NCBI RefSeq assembly: GCF_036971445.1
Contig: NC_091469.1
Span: 268,522,001 to 268,586,000 of the forward strand
From: Narcine bancroftii
Lineage: Eukaryota
DNA length: 64,000 nt
Reading direction: 5' to 3'
Shown: piece by piece, positions 1 through 12,622 of the stretch
How the letters are laid out: every line of letters starts with the position of its first letter
How positions within the stretch are numbered: position 1 is the first letter of the stretch
Notes under the pieces: generated by a model
Told to the model about the DNA's origin: nothing
Database searches by the model: none
The model's input: only the letters and a program-made list of their open reading frames with translations
Position numbers and translations under genes: made by a program

Positions 1-770
1 CTACAAAAGTGTGTAATATCCTGTGAGCATCTACTTTAAAACAAGAATTGGTGATCACGATTGCTTGCTTTTTCTGCCAAGATCTTCCTGATCCTAACTC
101 AGAACCTCATTCAATATGGATCCCACCCTGGTCTTGATTGTACATTTGTGATCAGTGAATTAACCAATCAAGTCCCTTTTAATCTTAGCCCTAGTGAATG
201 GTATGGTTCAGACTCTAGAGTGTAGGCGGGGCAAGATTAGGTATGCTGACATCTGATTTGCTGTGTTCAGGAGGAAAGAGAAATACAGTCAGTGTGTGCG
301 GAGATGGCGTCAGAACAAGCCTAAGCGGGGGCATTAGGGTAACCATGGGGTGGGAGGAGGGGGCATGAACTGTTGTTCGAGAACACACACAATGCGGGGG
401 GGAGGGGGAGAGCGGGTGCTCTGTGCACCACTGTCACACTTTGCCCTCTCCGAGGTAACCGACAAACATGTGCTTATAGCACATGGAGACGAAACCACGT
501 GATTCATTTTGGTGACATCTCCTGGTGTGGTCTGCAACCCCCAGTGATGGGTGGGGGGGAGGGCTATGGCCCACGGATGCCATCCCCCAAAGACCCTGAC
601 CCTGTGTATGTGTCTATGGAGTGGATGTGATATTTTGTTGACACGAAAGCTGGTGATTTATAGAAAATCTTGTTGAAGAGTCTTAATTTTAAGAAAATAT
701 TTCAGAAATCAACATTTTTGAAATGTCATGAAGATTTTCAAGTTATTTATTGTAAATTATATTCCAACAG

Positions 771-1069
771 GTACAGTTGAAGTGGTATCAAATGTGACTT
801 GTCAAACAAAAAATCCTAAAGTTGGACGACCTGTTACTCTTTCCTGCGACGTTTATGGACATTTTGCAGAAGATGCTCATATCATTTGGTACAGAGCTGC
901 TTATCCTTTTGATGAAAGAAAATTTGTCACAAACACACCATTCAAAAATAATAAAGGATTCACTACAGCACTCACTTATACGCCGAAAGAGAAAGATAAT
1001 AGCATCCAAGTTTTTATTGATATTGATATGTCGGAACATATCAGAAGTTACAACTTGCAATTACATTGA
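771..1069 (+). CDS. Terminal coding exon (one Ig-like domain, then stop) of an upstream IgSF gene, probably a B7-H6-like paralog
   Basis: Acceptor ttccaacag|GT at 770/771, phase 1. Reads TVEVVSNVTCQTKNPKVGRPVTLSCDVYG..IIWYR..FTTALTYTPKEKDN..YNLQLH*. B-strand Cys and C-strand Trp are present; F-strand Cys and TM are absent. Confidence 0.7.
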
Positions 1070-1589
1070 ATTGATATGACATCTTCTGATGAATGTACAC
1101 TGAATTGTAATTTGCAATTGAAGATCAATCTTTCTATGTGAGTGTGAAACGATGAGTTGTCATCTTCATGTTTACTTTTCCATTTTTACCACTCAGTATA
1201 TGTTGATTTAATTGTGAAAAAGAAAATAATTAAGAGTTCCACAATGCCTCAGGAACTCTAGTACAATGGGCGTTTCCTGATTAGCCACTGAAATTTAATT
1301 AATTGTTTCACTCTAGCCAGCCAGTCAAATTCTTCCAAAAAAAAATCTATTGTAGACAACATGTACTTCTACCTGCAGCGGAAGGAATCTTCCCCCAAAC
1401 AGGTGACTTCAGGGGATAATGATTGTTACACCCTCTCTTCTCAGACTTTTGATGCAGCTAAACTACTGGATCAAAAGCTCCTACCAATTTTTTGGAATTT
1501 TCATATCTGTTTGCATGTGTTGTTTGTACAAAAATAACATCCTTGTTACCTTAACAAAATGTGTGAAATGAAATGTTAACTCAATAACT

Positions 1590-2830
1590 CCCACAATTAC
1601 CTAGACTACATTGCTTCATACTCAGTCCTCTGCAAGGATTCTGTTCCTTTCTCCCGTCTCCACCATATTGGTTCCCAAGAGGAGGTTTTCCAATCTAGAT
1701 CATCTGAAATGTCCTTCTTCCACAAACGTGGCTTCACCTCTCAGCCCTCACCCGCATTTCCTCCATTTTTTGCTCATCTGCCCCCTCTGCCTTCAGACGT
1801 TAATGAAGTATTTCCCTTTTTCACACCTACCACCCTACTGGCCTCCGCTTCCAACACATTATCCACCATAATTTCCGGCACCTTCCACACAATCCTACCC
1901 CTCTGCCTTCTGTTGGGGCTGCTCGCTCCATGACTCCCTCATCCCTTCCTACTAATCACCACCTTTCTCTGCAACCGCAGTAAGGGCCATGCCTGTGCCC
2001 ACATCTCCTCCCTTTCCAGACCCCATCACCATTCCAGGGGCCCCAAACAGTTCTTTCAAGTCAAGCAAAACTTCACTTGTGTATCTGCAGGAGTTATCTA
2101 CTGCATCTGGTGCTCCCGCTTTCTCTACATCTGAGATAACAGACACAGACGATGAGATTGCTTCACTGAGCACCTTCACTCTGACCACATCAGTGACAGG
2201 GATCTCCCAGTGGCTAACCATTTCAATTCTGTTCCACTGACATATGTGTCCATAGCCTCGTGTACTGTCCCTCCAAGAGGACTTGTAATTGGAGGATGTG
2301 ATAGTACAGATTCTATCTCCAATGTGTAAATGTACAGATAGTAGTGTAGGATGACTGTGATTGGCTGAGAGTGTAGCCACACCTACTGGCAGGTCTTAAA
2401 GGATAGCTCCTAGCCAAACCAAGTCATTCTGGACTGGTCGACCTACTTGTGATATGCTCCAGTCTTTTAGTTAATAAAAGCCTTGGTTTGGATCAACAAG
2501 TCTTTGGTTCTTTCAACGCGCATTACAGAGGAGCAACACTGAATTTTTTTTGTCTGGGCCCTCACGCTCCAACCAGATGGCATTAACATTGCTTTCTCTG
2601 GTTTCTGCTAGCTTACTCTCTGTTCTCCCTCCCTTTTTCTCTTTTCTCCAACTCTCCACTCGCCTTCACAGAGGAGAAGGGAAGATGTGCTTTGGATTTG
2701 CTGTTGTGCCCTCCCTCCCTTATCCACCTATTACTACTTGCCTTGTGAACCGTACCACTGGCCCTTCCTCACCCCCATCACCGTTATATTCGGGTGTTTG
2801 CTTAGCACCTTTTGTCATACCTTGATGAAG
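1590..2830 (+). mobile_element. Decayed Penelope-like retroelement 3' fragment, interrupted by a solo LTR
   Basis: Colinear with the better preserved copy at 46800-48395 (MSSFFHKRGF.., ..IRCS..LYIxET.. GIY-YIG region). Confidence 0.6.
2297..2527 (+). mobile_element. Solo LTR (231 bp, Gypsy-like)
   Basis: TGTGAT...ATTACA termini, internal AATAAA, 5-bp TSD GAGGA at 2292-2296 and 2528-2532. Confidence 0.75.
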
Positions 2831-3935
2831 TAGAGGTAAGATTAGAGCAAGTGTTGGTGATGAATAAACAATTGCCTGAAAAAGCGGATTCATTGGAAGA
2901 TTTTAGTCGAAATAATATTAAGATTATTGCTTTGAAAGAAAGAGAGGAAGGAGACAATATTCAATTTTTACAACTTTTGATCCCTCAGAGACTTTGGTCA
3001 AGGGTATTTTAAAGGGGATATAGAGATTGAGCAAGCTCATAGAGCCCTTCAACCTAAACCTCAGCTGGATCAAAAACTGAGGCCCATTTTGATTAAATTT
3101 CTTTGTTATCGTGAAGGAAAAAGTTTTGGAATTAACAGCCAAGTACGCTAAAGAAAAGAACCACTGGAATTTTATTTTATCTGGACCTAAGTTTTATTGG
3201 ACTAATATATTTTATTCAACAGGTAATATACGTTAAGTTCCTGAGAAATCCTATGTTTTTTTTATTTTGGTGTATATATCACCGATTAGTCCAAATTTAA
3301 AGTTAGATTGGTTTCAAAAGGAATTTTTAAAGATCGCGCTGACAGTTTCCTGAAAATGTATAGCTGTTTCATGGAAAATGGATATGGATTTGGTATTAGA
3401 TAGATGGCATGGTGAAATGTGAAGTTGTATACCTTTGGAAAAGATCACATCTAATTTAAAGAACAAATTGATAATTTTTTTTGAAAATTTGCATAATGTT
3501 GGTGTTATAACTTTATCAGTAATTATATTATGTCAATTGGTAGAATTTGGTATGAGTTTTGTCACTCCCTGGCCTCACCTTAATACTTTATTTTATTATT
3601 TTTGTTAGCTGTTTTATTAGCTGTATGTTTTCTTTTATATAATATACTTAAATTTTGACCAAATGCTATATGTTATACTGCAGTGTTTTATTGTATATTT
3701 TCTACTTAAAAGATATAATGATAGCTATAAGTATTAGAATAATTTAGTCACAATTTATAAGGTAATATTCAGTATTGGTCTTTCTTCCTTTCTTCGGGGG
3801 TTTTTCTGTGAGGGAGGGAGTGGGTGGGGGGGGAAAATTATTTTTAAAAAAGCATGTATTGATTCTGATAGAGTGTAACTTTGGTTCCTTATGTAATTTT
3901 TAAATATGTGGTAATAAATAAAAATTAAAAGAAAA
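2825..3935 (+). mobile_element. Decayed L1/Tx1 fragments (ORF1 piece, ORF2 C-terminus, 3' tail)
   Basis: LEDFSRNNIKII..IEQAHRALQPKP (ORF1), CIPLEKIT-like ORF2 end near 3420-3450, AATAAA and A-rich tail near 3913. Confidence 0.6.
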
Positions 3936-3984
3936 GAGAAACTTGGCACATCGTTTAGCATCTAGCAGAAGAAAGGGTAACCAG

Positions 3985-4385
3985 TGTTTCAGGTCCTGGC
4001 CCTTCAACAATTTATGAGCAATGAGGGGGAGGCACCAGGGGAACAATTAATTGGAAGAGATGAGTGGATGAGGGTGTCCCGAAGGGAGAGGTCCCTATGG
4101 AAGATGAAGAGGAGAGGGAAAATGTGTCTGGTGGTGAGATCATATAGTAGGAGGCGGAAATTGCAGAGGTGTTGGATGAGAAGTCTGGTGGATCATAGGT
4201 GAGAACAAGGGTAATCCTGTCCTTGTTGCATCTTGGAGCAGAGGAGGGGCCAGGGCAGATGTGTGGAAACTAGAGATGTGGGTAAGGTCTGAGCTGATGG
4301 CAGTAAAAGGAAAAATTTTTGGAAGGGGGAAGACATCTTGGATGTTTTGGAATGGAACATCTCATCCTGAGAGCAGATGCGAATT
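3985..4385 (-). mobile_element. Penelope-like fragment
   Basis: Reverse complement resembles 47350-47650. Confidence 0.45.
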
Positions 4386-4409
4386 ATGGTGGGGCATAAA
4401 CAACAATCT

Positions 4410-5222
4410 GATTAGGGTGAATAACCTGACTTCAGATTTATTGTCAGAGTACATACATGACATCACATACAACCATGAGATTAATTCTCTGTGGGTGAGA
4501 GAGAATTACTAGTTATTGGTAGTGCACACAAATTGTACACAGTGTATGCATGTAAACTAATAAAGAAATAAACAGATAACAAATAGAAACAAATTGTAAT
4601 AAAGAGAGAATAAAAAATAACGTGCACAAGTGAGAGTCCTTAAATGAGTCTGTGATTGAGTTTGTCATTGATGCATCTGATGGCGGAGGGATAGCAGATA
4701 TTTCTGAACCTGGAGGTGAGAGTCTTGTGGCACCTATACCTCTTTTCTGATGGCAGCAGTGAGAACAGAACATGTGGTGTGGGTCTTTGATGATTGCTGC
4801 TGTTTTCTGATGGCAGTGTTCTCAATAGTGGGAGGGTTTTGCCTGTGATGTCCTGGGCTGTGTCTACTTCCTTTTGGAGAGCTTTATGCTCAGGGGTATT
4901 GGTGTCCACATGTCAGACCATGATACAGCTGGTCAGCACACTTTCCTCCACACATCTTTAGAAATTTGCCAGGGTTTCTAGTGTCATACCAAACCTCCGC
5001 AAACTCTTGAGGAAGTAGAGGTGCTGATGTGCTTTCTTCATGATGTCATTAGTGTGTTCAATCAGGAAAGATCCTCTGAAATGGTGACTCCCAAGAACTT
5101 AAAATTTGCTCAACCTCTCCACCTCTAATCTCCCAATAATCACTGGATTGTGTACCTCTGGCTTTCCCTTCCTGAAGTCAATCAGCTCCTTAGTTTTGAT
5201 GACATTGGGTGCAAGGTTGTCA
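4410..5222 (-). mobile_element. Rex/Babar- or L2-type LINE 3' fragment
   Basis: Minus-strand KTKELIDFRK and LFSLLPSEKRYR..RFRN motifs. Confidence 0.6.
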
Positions 5223-6303
5223 TTGGCACCTACCGGTCTTGGGCAAGAGGCAAAGGAGCAGCAAAGAGGAGGAGGAGTGAATGACGGGGTTGGTAAGTTA
5301 AAAGGCGCACTTACCAGTCTTGGGTTAGTCGGGCGAGAGGAGAAGGAGCAGCGAGGAGGAGTGAGCAACAGAGAAACTGGGTTAATTGGTAGGGACCAAT
5401 AAAAGAAGGGAAGGTTGAGGAGCAGAGCACAAGCTTTGGCTTGAGAGACTTTGGTGCGAAGAGGCTGAGGCACAAGTAAAAGGGGTAAGTTTTTATATCA
5501 TTTAGAATAATCACTGTGTTCGTTTCAGGCATGGCAAGTGAGCTCTGACCCATGTCTTGCACCTCCTGTACCATGTGGGAACTAAGGGAAACTGACATTG
5601 CCCCTGAGGACTATGTGTGCAGGTAGTGTGTTCAACTGCAGCTCCTGATTGACCACATGACGGCACTGGTGCTGCACGTGGACGGACTTTGGAGCATCCG
5701 GGATGCGGAGAATGTGGTGGATAGCACCTTCAGTGAGTTTGACACAAGCAGCTTAAGAGAGCAGAGAAAGATAGGGACCAACAGCAAGAGCAGTATCAGG
5801 AAGTTGTACGGGAGTCTCCTGCGGACATCATCCTCCAAAACAGATGTACCACTTTGGATATTGTTGGGGGAGAATGCCCACTAGGAGAAAGCAGGCAGTA
5901 GCCAGGATCATGGCACTGTGAATGGTTTTTCTGTGCAAGAGGGCAGAAAAAAGAGGGGTAGGGCAATAGTTATAGGGGATTCTATAGTAACGGGAACAGA
6001 CAGAAACTTCTGTGGCTGCAAAAGGGACTCCCAGATGGTGTGTTGCCTCCTGGGTGCAAGGGTCAGGGATGTCTCAGAACAGCAGCAGGACATTCTGAAA
6101 GGGGAGTGTGAAGAGCCAGCTGTGTTGGTCCACATTGGTGATATGATATAGGAAGAAAACGAGATGAGGTCCTACAATGTGAATTTAGGGAACTAGGAGA
6201 TAAATTGAGGAGAAGGACCTCAAAAGTAATATTCTCCAGATTATTACTGATGCTTGGGCATTACTACCTGTGGGTAGTTTTTTTTTGGGTTAGTAATTAA
6301 AAT

Positions 6304-6306
<3 letters not shown>

Positions 6307-6366
<60 letters not shown>
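6307..6366. repeat. (CT)n(AT)n compound microsatellite
   Basis: Directly visible. Confidence 0.95.
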
Positions 6367-6369
<3 letters not shown>

Positions 6370-9300
6370 TTTAAAAAGTATTTAGGGGAGGGAGAGTGGT
6401 TTTTATTTACTAGAAGGGGAGTGATATTTTGTAGTAAGTGACTACATTGTTAGTTTGTAAAGATGCCTAGTTTGAAATTTGCAACTTTTAATGTTCAGAG
6501 GTTGAATAATCCGATTAAGTGAAAGTGAGTTTTGGCTTATATTAAGAAAATGAAAATTGATATTGCTTTTTTACAAGAAAGAAGCACATCTGACTGAAAA
6601 AGAACACTTGAAATTGAAGAGAGGTTGTGTTGGGCATGTGTTTTTTTCTTCATTAAATTCTAAGGCAAGGGGTGTAGTAATTCTAATTCATAAGAATTTG
6701 TCTTTTGAGTTGCATACTATGGAAGGAAATGCTGGAAGGGTTTTAAAGGTGAATTGTAAATTTTTTTACTGAATTTTGGACTTTGCTTAATATTTATGCA
6801 TCTAATGTGGGTGCTGAGTGTTTTAGTTTGGATGCTTTTTTGTTATTAGATAAAGCAAATTAAAATATTTTAGTTGGAGAAGATTTTAATTGTGTCTTGG
6901 ATCCTTTGTTGGACAGATCCCCAAAAAGTATAAAGAAATCAAAGATGGCGATACAAATTGAGGCCTTGATGAAGGATTTAAATTTAGTGGATATTTGGAG
7001 AAGGGTTAATCCTGCAGAGAAGGACTTCTCTTTTTATTCATCTCGACATGATTCATTTTCTAGAATAGATTTTTTAGTATCGGCACATTTACAAGGAAGG
7101 GTATCACAGGCAGAATATAAAAGCAGGGTTATATCAGATTCTTTAATTTTTTTCTTATGTAAGTTCAGAAGTGGTACGTTTAATACAATGTTGTTGAAAA
7201 AAACAGTTTGTTATTTTTGTTAAAGAACAGATTACAATTTTTTAATGAAAATGCTAATTCAGTAATAAGTGATTTTGTGTTATGGGACACGTTAAAAGCT
7301 TATTTAAGAGGGCAGATTATTAGTTATACCACTAAAGTTAAGAAACAGTATATGGTTGAAAGCTTTGAATTACAAAAGAAAATTGACGAATTGGAGAAGG
7401 AATTTCAGAAGGAAGTGACAGAAGATTAAAAAAGTGGCTTTGACTAAATTGAAATTACGTTATAATACGTTGCAGACATCAATTTGAATGTTTAATTAAT
7501 TGACCTAAGCAGCAATATTATGAGTTGGGTGAGAGGGCACATAAAGTACTTGCATGGCAGTTAAAGAAGGAACAGGCTTCATGGGTTATTAATGCTGTAA
7601 AAAAGAATTCAACAGTTACCTCTAAACCTCAGGAAGTTAATGACCAGTTCTATTCATTTTATAAAAAAATATATACTTCTGAGGGGAAATAGGATAATGG
7701 TTCTATTGATTCCTTTTTATCTAAGTTAACGTTATTAGCATTAGAAGAGGAGGATGTTATGGATTTTGAAGCTCCGTTTACAGAATTAGAGATTAAGGAG
7801 GCTATGTTGGAAATGCCCAATGGAAAGTCACCAGGTGATGATGGGTTTTCGGTGGAATTTTATAAAACTTTTTATGAAGATTTTTCTTCAGTGTTCGGGG
7901 AGGTATTACAACAAGTGACTGAACATTATGAGTTACCAGAATCTTGTTCTAGTGCTTTAATTACTTTAATCCCAAAAAAGATAGAGACACGTTGAAAAGT
8001 GTCTTCATATAGACCTATTTCTTTATTGAATGTTGATTATAAAATAATAGCAAAAATGCTAGCAAATCGACTTGCTGAGTACTTACCTAAATTGATGCAT
8101 ATTGATCAAACAGGTTTTATTAAAAATAGAAATGCTTCAAATAATATTCTTCGATTGACAAGTTTGGTCAATGCATATCGACAGCAGCCCAACCACCCAA
8201 TGGTGGTTGCGATTGATGTGAGTCGAATGGGATTTTAAAAAAATTTAAAGTACTGGAGAAGTTTAAATTTGGCCCTTTTTTATTGGTTGGGTTAAAGCTT
8301 TATATACAAACCCAACTGCTAGGGTGGTAACAAATGGTCAAGTTTCATCATTGTTTAAATTGACACATTCAACTCGACAAGGTTGTCCATTGTCACCAGC
8401 CTGTTTGCATTGGCTATTGAACTGTTAGCTCAAACAATAAGGCAGAATGAACAGATAAGAGGGATGAGGGTTATGGATGAAGAGTATAAGATTAATTTGT
8501 TTGCAGATGATGTTTTGATATATTTAACAAACCCAGAACGATCATTGCCACATTTACAGGAATGTTTATTACATTATGGAACATTATCTGGATATAAAGT
8601 TAATTGAGATAAAAGTGAAATTTTACCAATTGGAGAAGCAGGTTATTCAGAGTATAAAAATATTATAAAATTGAAATGGTTTGATAAAATTAAATATTTA
8701 GGAATAATTATAAACACTGAGTATCAATCTTTATATAAATTAAATTATGTTCCATTATTGAAAAAGATTAAAGCAGATCTAATTAAGTGGAAAGATCTTC
8801 CATTAACTTTAATTGGTCAAGTTAATTGTATTAAGATGAATATTTTTCCTTGTATTCAATATTTATCAATACCAATATCATGTCAATATCAATACCATGT
8901 TCTCTTACAGAGTTTCTTTCAGGATTTAAATAAAGTTATGAGAGAATTTTTATGGAAATGTAAATTACCACAGGTAGCATTAAATAAACTCACTTGGAAG
9001 TATGTGTTAGGTGGGCTTCAATTACCTAATTTTCAGAATTATTATGAAGCAGCCTAAGTTGAAATTTATTAGTAGATTGATGGATTTGGACCACCTCCAA
9101 GTTGGGCTAAAGTTGAGATGGCCTCTATTCTTGAAGTTGAGGTGTATCAATTTCTATTTTGATGAAATGTAAATTTGTTGAGGGAATATAATATGCCGAT
9201 ATTAAAACATTTATTAAAATTATGGATTAAAAAAAAGATTTTAGGATCAAAAGGTAAATTGTCAATTTTAACTCCATTATATAATAATCAACTTATTTCT

Positions 9301-9576
9301 TTTTCAATGTTTAATAGTCATTTAAAGAGTTGGGATTTTAAGGGTATAAAAACATTACAGGATTGTTTTGTAGAAGATCAGTTTCTTTCTTTTACTCAAT
9401 TGAAAGAGCATTTTGATATTGCTGAAAATTCTTTATTTGTTTATTATCAACTTCAATCTTTGGTGAAAAATATGTATGGTGGAGAGATGATTTTTACCTG
9501 TATTGACAGAATTCGAGTCTTTGATTTCTTCTATACCAAAAAGGGGTTATATTTCTGTTATGTATCATGTATTTGT

Positions 9577-10081
9577 CGATGCTGTCACGGTGGCCAGTGG
9601 AGAGCTCGACAGCATCGAGTCCACGCTGCTGAAGATCCAGCTGCGCTGGATGGGTCACGTCTCCAGAATGGAGGACCATCGCCTTCCCAAGATCGTATTA
9701 TATGGCGAGCTCTCCACTGGCCACCGTGACAGAGGTGCACCAAAGAAAAGGTACAAGGACTGCCTAAAGAAATCTCTTGGTGCCTGCCACATTGACCACC
9801 GCCAGTGGGCTGATAACGCCTCAAACCGTGCATCTTGGCGCCTCACAGTTTGGCGGGCAGCAGCCTCCTTTGAAGAAGACCGCAGAGCCCACCTCACTGA
9901 CAAAAGGCAAAGGAGGAAAAACCCAACACCCAACCCCAACCAACCAATTTTCCCTTGCAACCGCTGCAATCGTGTCTGCCTGTCCCGCATCGGACTGGTC
10001 AGCCACAAACGAGCCTGCAGCTGACGTGGACTTTTTACCCCCTCCATAAATCTTCGTCCGCGAAGCCAAGCCAAAGAAAGA
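9577..10081 (+). mobile_element. RTE-clade LINE 3' fragment with rearranged 5' junction
   Basis: QLRWMGHVSRMEDHRLPK..CNRCNRVCLSRIGLVSHKRACS*, GCCAAGCCAAAGAAAG tail, 13-bp TSD atcatgtatttgt at 9564-9576 and 10082-10094. Confidence 0.92.
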
Positions 10082-10091
10082 ATCATGTATT

Positions 10092-10798
10092 TGTAATGGA
10101 GGATTTAAACTAGCTTATGAAAGAAGGGATGCAGTTGCATCAGAAGACATAATCTCAATTCCACTATGAGGCCCAGGATGCATATTTAGTAGACACACCT
10201 AAATTCCACCATGGGGCCCACGGATGCAGTTAAATAGGAAGACATTATCTAAATTTACACTATGGGGCCCAGGGATGCATATGAATCAGTAGACATTATC
10301 CAACTTCCACCATGAGGCCAAGAGATGCAGTTGTCTTTTGTTGGTCGCAGACTGTCAGGAGACCTTGAAGATAATTAAATCATTTGTTCAAAGAGATAAG
10401 ATCTGAAGTAAACAACTTTTGGGTAATATAAGCCATGATCCCACTGCTGAAGTTTGAGACTCTCCAAGAGGTGGCAACATCTCTCAGCAAGAAGAACTTC
10501 AAGATTCCAAACCAACATCCCGGTCCAGGGAGGTGGAGAAGCTGCTACCGGCGCCCCGACAACCTACTACAAGTGTGCAGTCATCGCCTCGCTTTGGCAG
10601 TTGGGACCAGTCCAGGCATTGATAAGTATAATTGGGAAGGGCTTGCATATTGTAGTGTGAATTCAGCTTTAGATTTAGTAATAAAGACTTGTATAAACTG
10701 AACTGCTCTCAGTGTGTGTGTCTATTTTCTTTCGGTAGCTTGAACACTGTGACCAATCTAAAATGAACAAAGTGAGAGGTACAAGTTTACCCAAGATA
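10092..10798 (+). repeat. 5' LTR of the ERV (U3 with about 50-bp imperfect tandem repeats, TATA at 10427, AATAAA at 10680)
   Basis: Begins TGTAATGG and ends 2 nt before the PBS; the terminal dinucleotide reads TA rather than CA. Confidence 0.8.
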
Positions 10799-10800
10799 AT

Positions 10801-10818
10801 TGGCGTAGTCGGCAGGAT
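10801..10818 (+). promoter_or_regulatory. Primer binding site, tRNA-Ser
   Basis: TGGCGTAGTCGGCAGGAT is the exact complement of the vertebrate tRNA-Ser 3' end (ATCCTGCCGACTACG-CCA). Confidence 0.92.
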
Positions 10819-10829
10819 TGGTCTCAAGA

Positions 10830-12622
10830 TGTTTCGCCGAAAGAAGGAGGTGAACCCTGATTCCGGGATGGACTTCCAAAGACAATGGGGTTGGCATGTT
10901 GGCCAATACCCTGTCTTTGTTGGGACCACCCCTCAGTTGGGATGAGAAGTTAGATCCATCAAGTGCGCCTCTGGGAGAGCGGGTTGCCGCTCTCCTTCGA
11001 GAAAGTAAATTTCCTGTTAAAAAGGGGACGCTGATGGACGGTTTTTGGCTGCTGGCCACAGCCTTATGCCACTCTGTTCAGCGTGAAACAGAATTAGTTC
11101 AGTGAGAAGTAGAATCTCAGCGTAAGAGAGAGCAACTAGAGGAGGAGGTAGAAGCCCTGCGACAACGCTGTTCCATGATGAGTAAGATTGTTTGAACCAG
11201 TCAGGACCGAGCCAAAGAATGGGAGGATAAGCATGTCCAAACTATCTGCCGTAATATTAAACTCTGGCAGCAGCTCTGTGCAGATAAAGAAAGGCATGGA
11301 GTAGAACCCGATCCATATCGTATACGTGCCATGATAAGGAATGGCGACGATCCTGATGTAATTGATGAATGGGACGGGAATATCTGGAAAGATGTCCATG
11401 GTAATAATGCAGATACTCCTCAGCATGTGCCTAACATACTACCCTCTCCACCTGCTGTTCACGCCCGCCCCATAAGGCAGCAGACTTCCCAAACAGACAA
11501 AAGGGGCGATGATGTAAGGGAAGAGATTGAAGGGATAGATACCCCGATCTCCCAAGAGGACCCAGGGGAAAATACCCAAACCCCTGCTTATGCTCAATGG
11601 CCCACCCCCTCTACGGGATGGCCTAGGCCTTGTCCCGTCCACTGGGCAAAGGACCCTGTGGGCCAAAGTGGGAGCAGGGGTCAAGAGCAGTCAATGATCC
11701 GTGACTTCTCTGTAAAAGAGCTGGCTGCCATTGGAGATCGATTTAGGCAAAAGGCAGGAGAAACTCTGGAGGCCTGGCTCCTGCATGTTTGGGAGCAAGG
11801 AGGGGGTAATGTATATTTAACCCCTGAGGAATCGTTGGATTAGGAACAATGACTACTGATATCCGGGTCACTGCTGAGCTGCGGGGTAGAGGAAGAGAGG
11901 TGGATTACTTACTTGCCACTCTTGGGGATGCCCTGCTACGAGTATACCCATCACCAGTAGATTGGGATTTACATTTACAGAACAATTGGAGATCCCCAGA
12001 GGAGGGTATAGCAGTAATTCGTCAGCAGGCCCTGGCCTCTGCCTTGTATGCAGGGCGTTTGAGGCTGTGGGTACGTGGGGGGAGCCCTGATGAAGAGATA
12101 TTCACAGCCGGAATGCATACCAGATTGGTTTGTTCTGCCTAACCCACTGTACAGGGACTGGTTCTGTCCGTAACTAGTCCGCTAATTGGACACCCTGTGT
12201 CCTAGGCGGTGCACGCCTTATCTGGGCTTAGAGAATTAGAGTTGGGAGGTAATATCCACTCATGTACAACCCAGGTTAAATCAGACAAGCAGGATGAAAG
12301 GAGAGGGGCTGCTGTTAATAATGGACCTACAAGAAAGGACCTTTTTCTAACCTTGTTAAAGTTAGGCGTACCTAAAAGCGATATTGATGGGAAACCTACC
12401 GCAGTCCTTTATGCCCTTTATAAGAGAAAAGCAGGGGAACATCATCCCCAGCTGCTGAGTCCTCCTGGCCCAGCTGTGCCTTCTGCTCCCACTGCTGCTC
12501 CCACTGAGCCAGCTTCTCTTGCTCCAGTTATCCGTGATGAGATACAACAAATGGTTAAAAAGGCTCTTATGGATAATAGTGGCATGTGGGCCTGGAAGCC
12601 CTCGAACCCTACTAAAGCATGA
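10830..12622 (+). pseudogene. gag: ERV gag, disrupted
   Basis: ATG just after the PBS; CA-like FRQKAGETLEAWLLHVWEQGG; IDGKPTAVLYALY motif of ERV-L/S gag; several stops and frameshifts. Confidence 0.75.

Noticed and set aside
9503-10024. 173-aa ORF fusing L1 and RTE sequence
   Set aside because: A chance in-frame junction of an insertion; there is no evidence for a promoter or splicing.
10129-10332. About 50-bp periodic repeats
   Set aside because: These are ordinary U3 tandem repeats within the LTR, not an array system.
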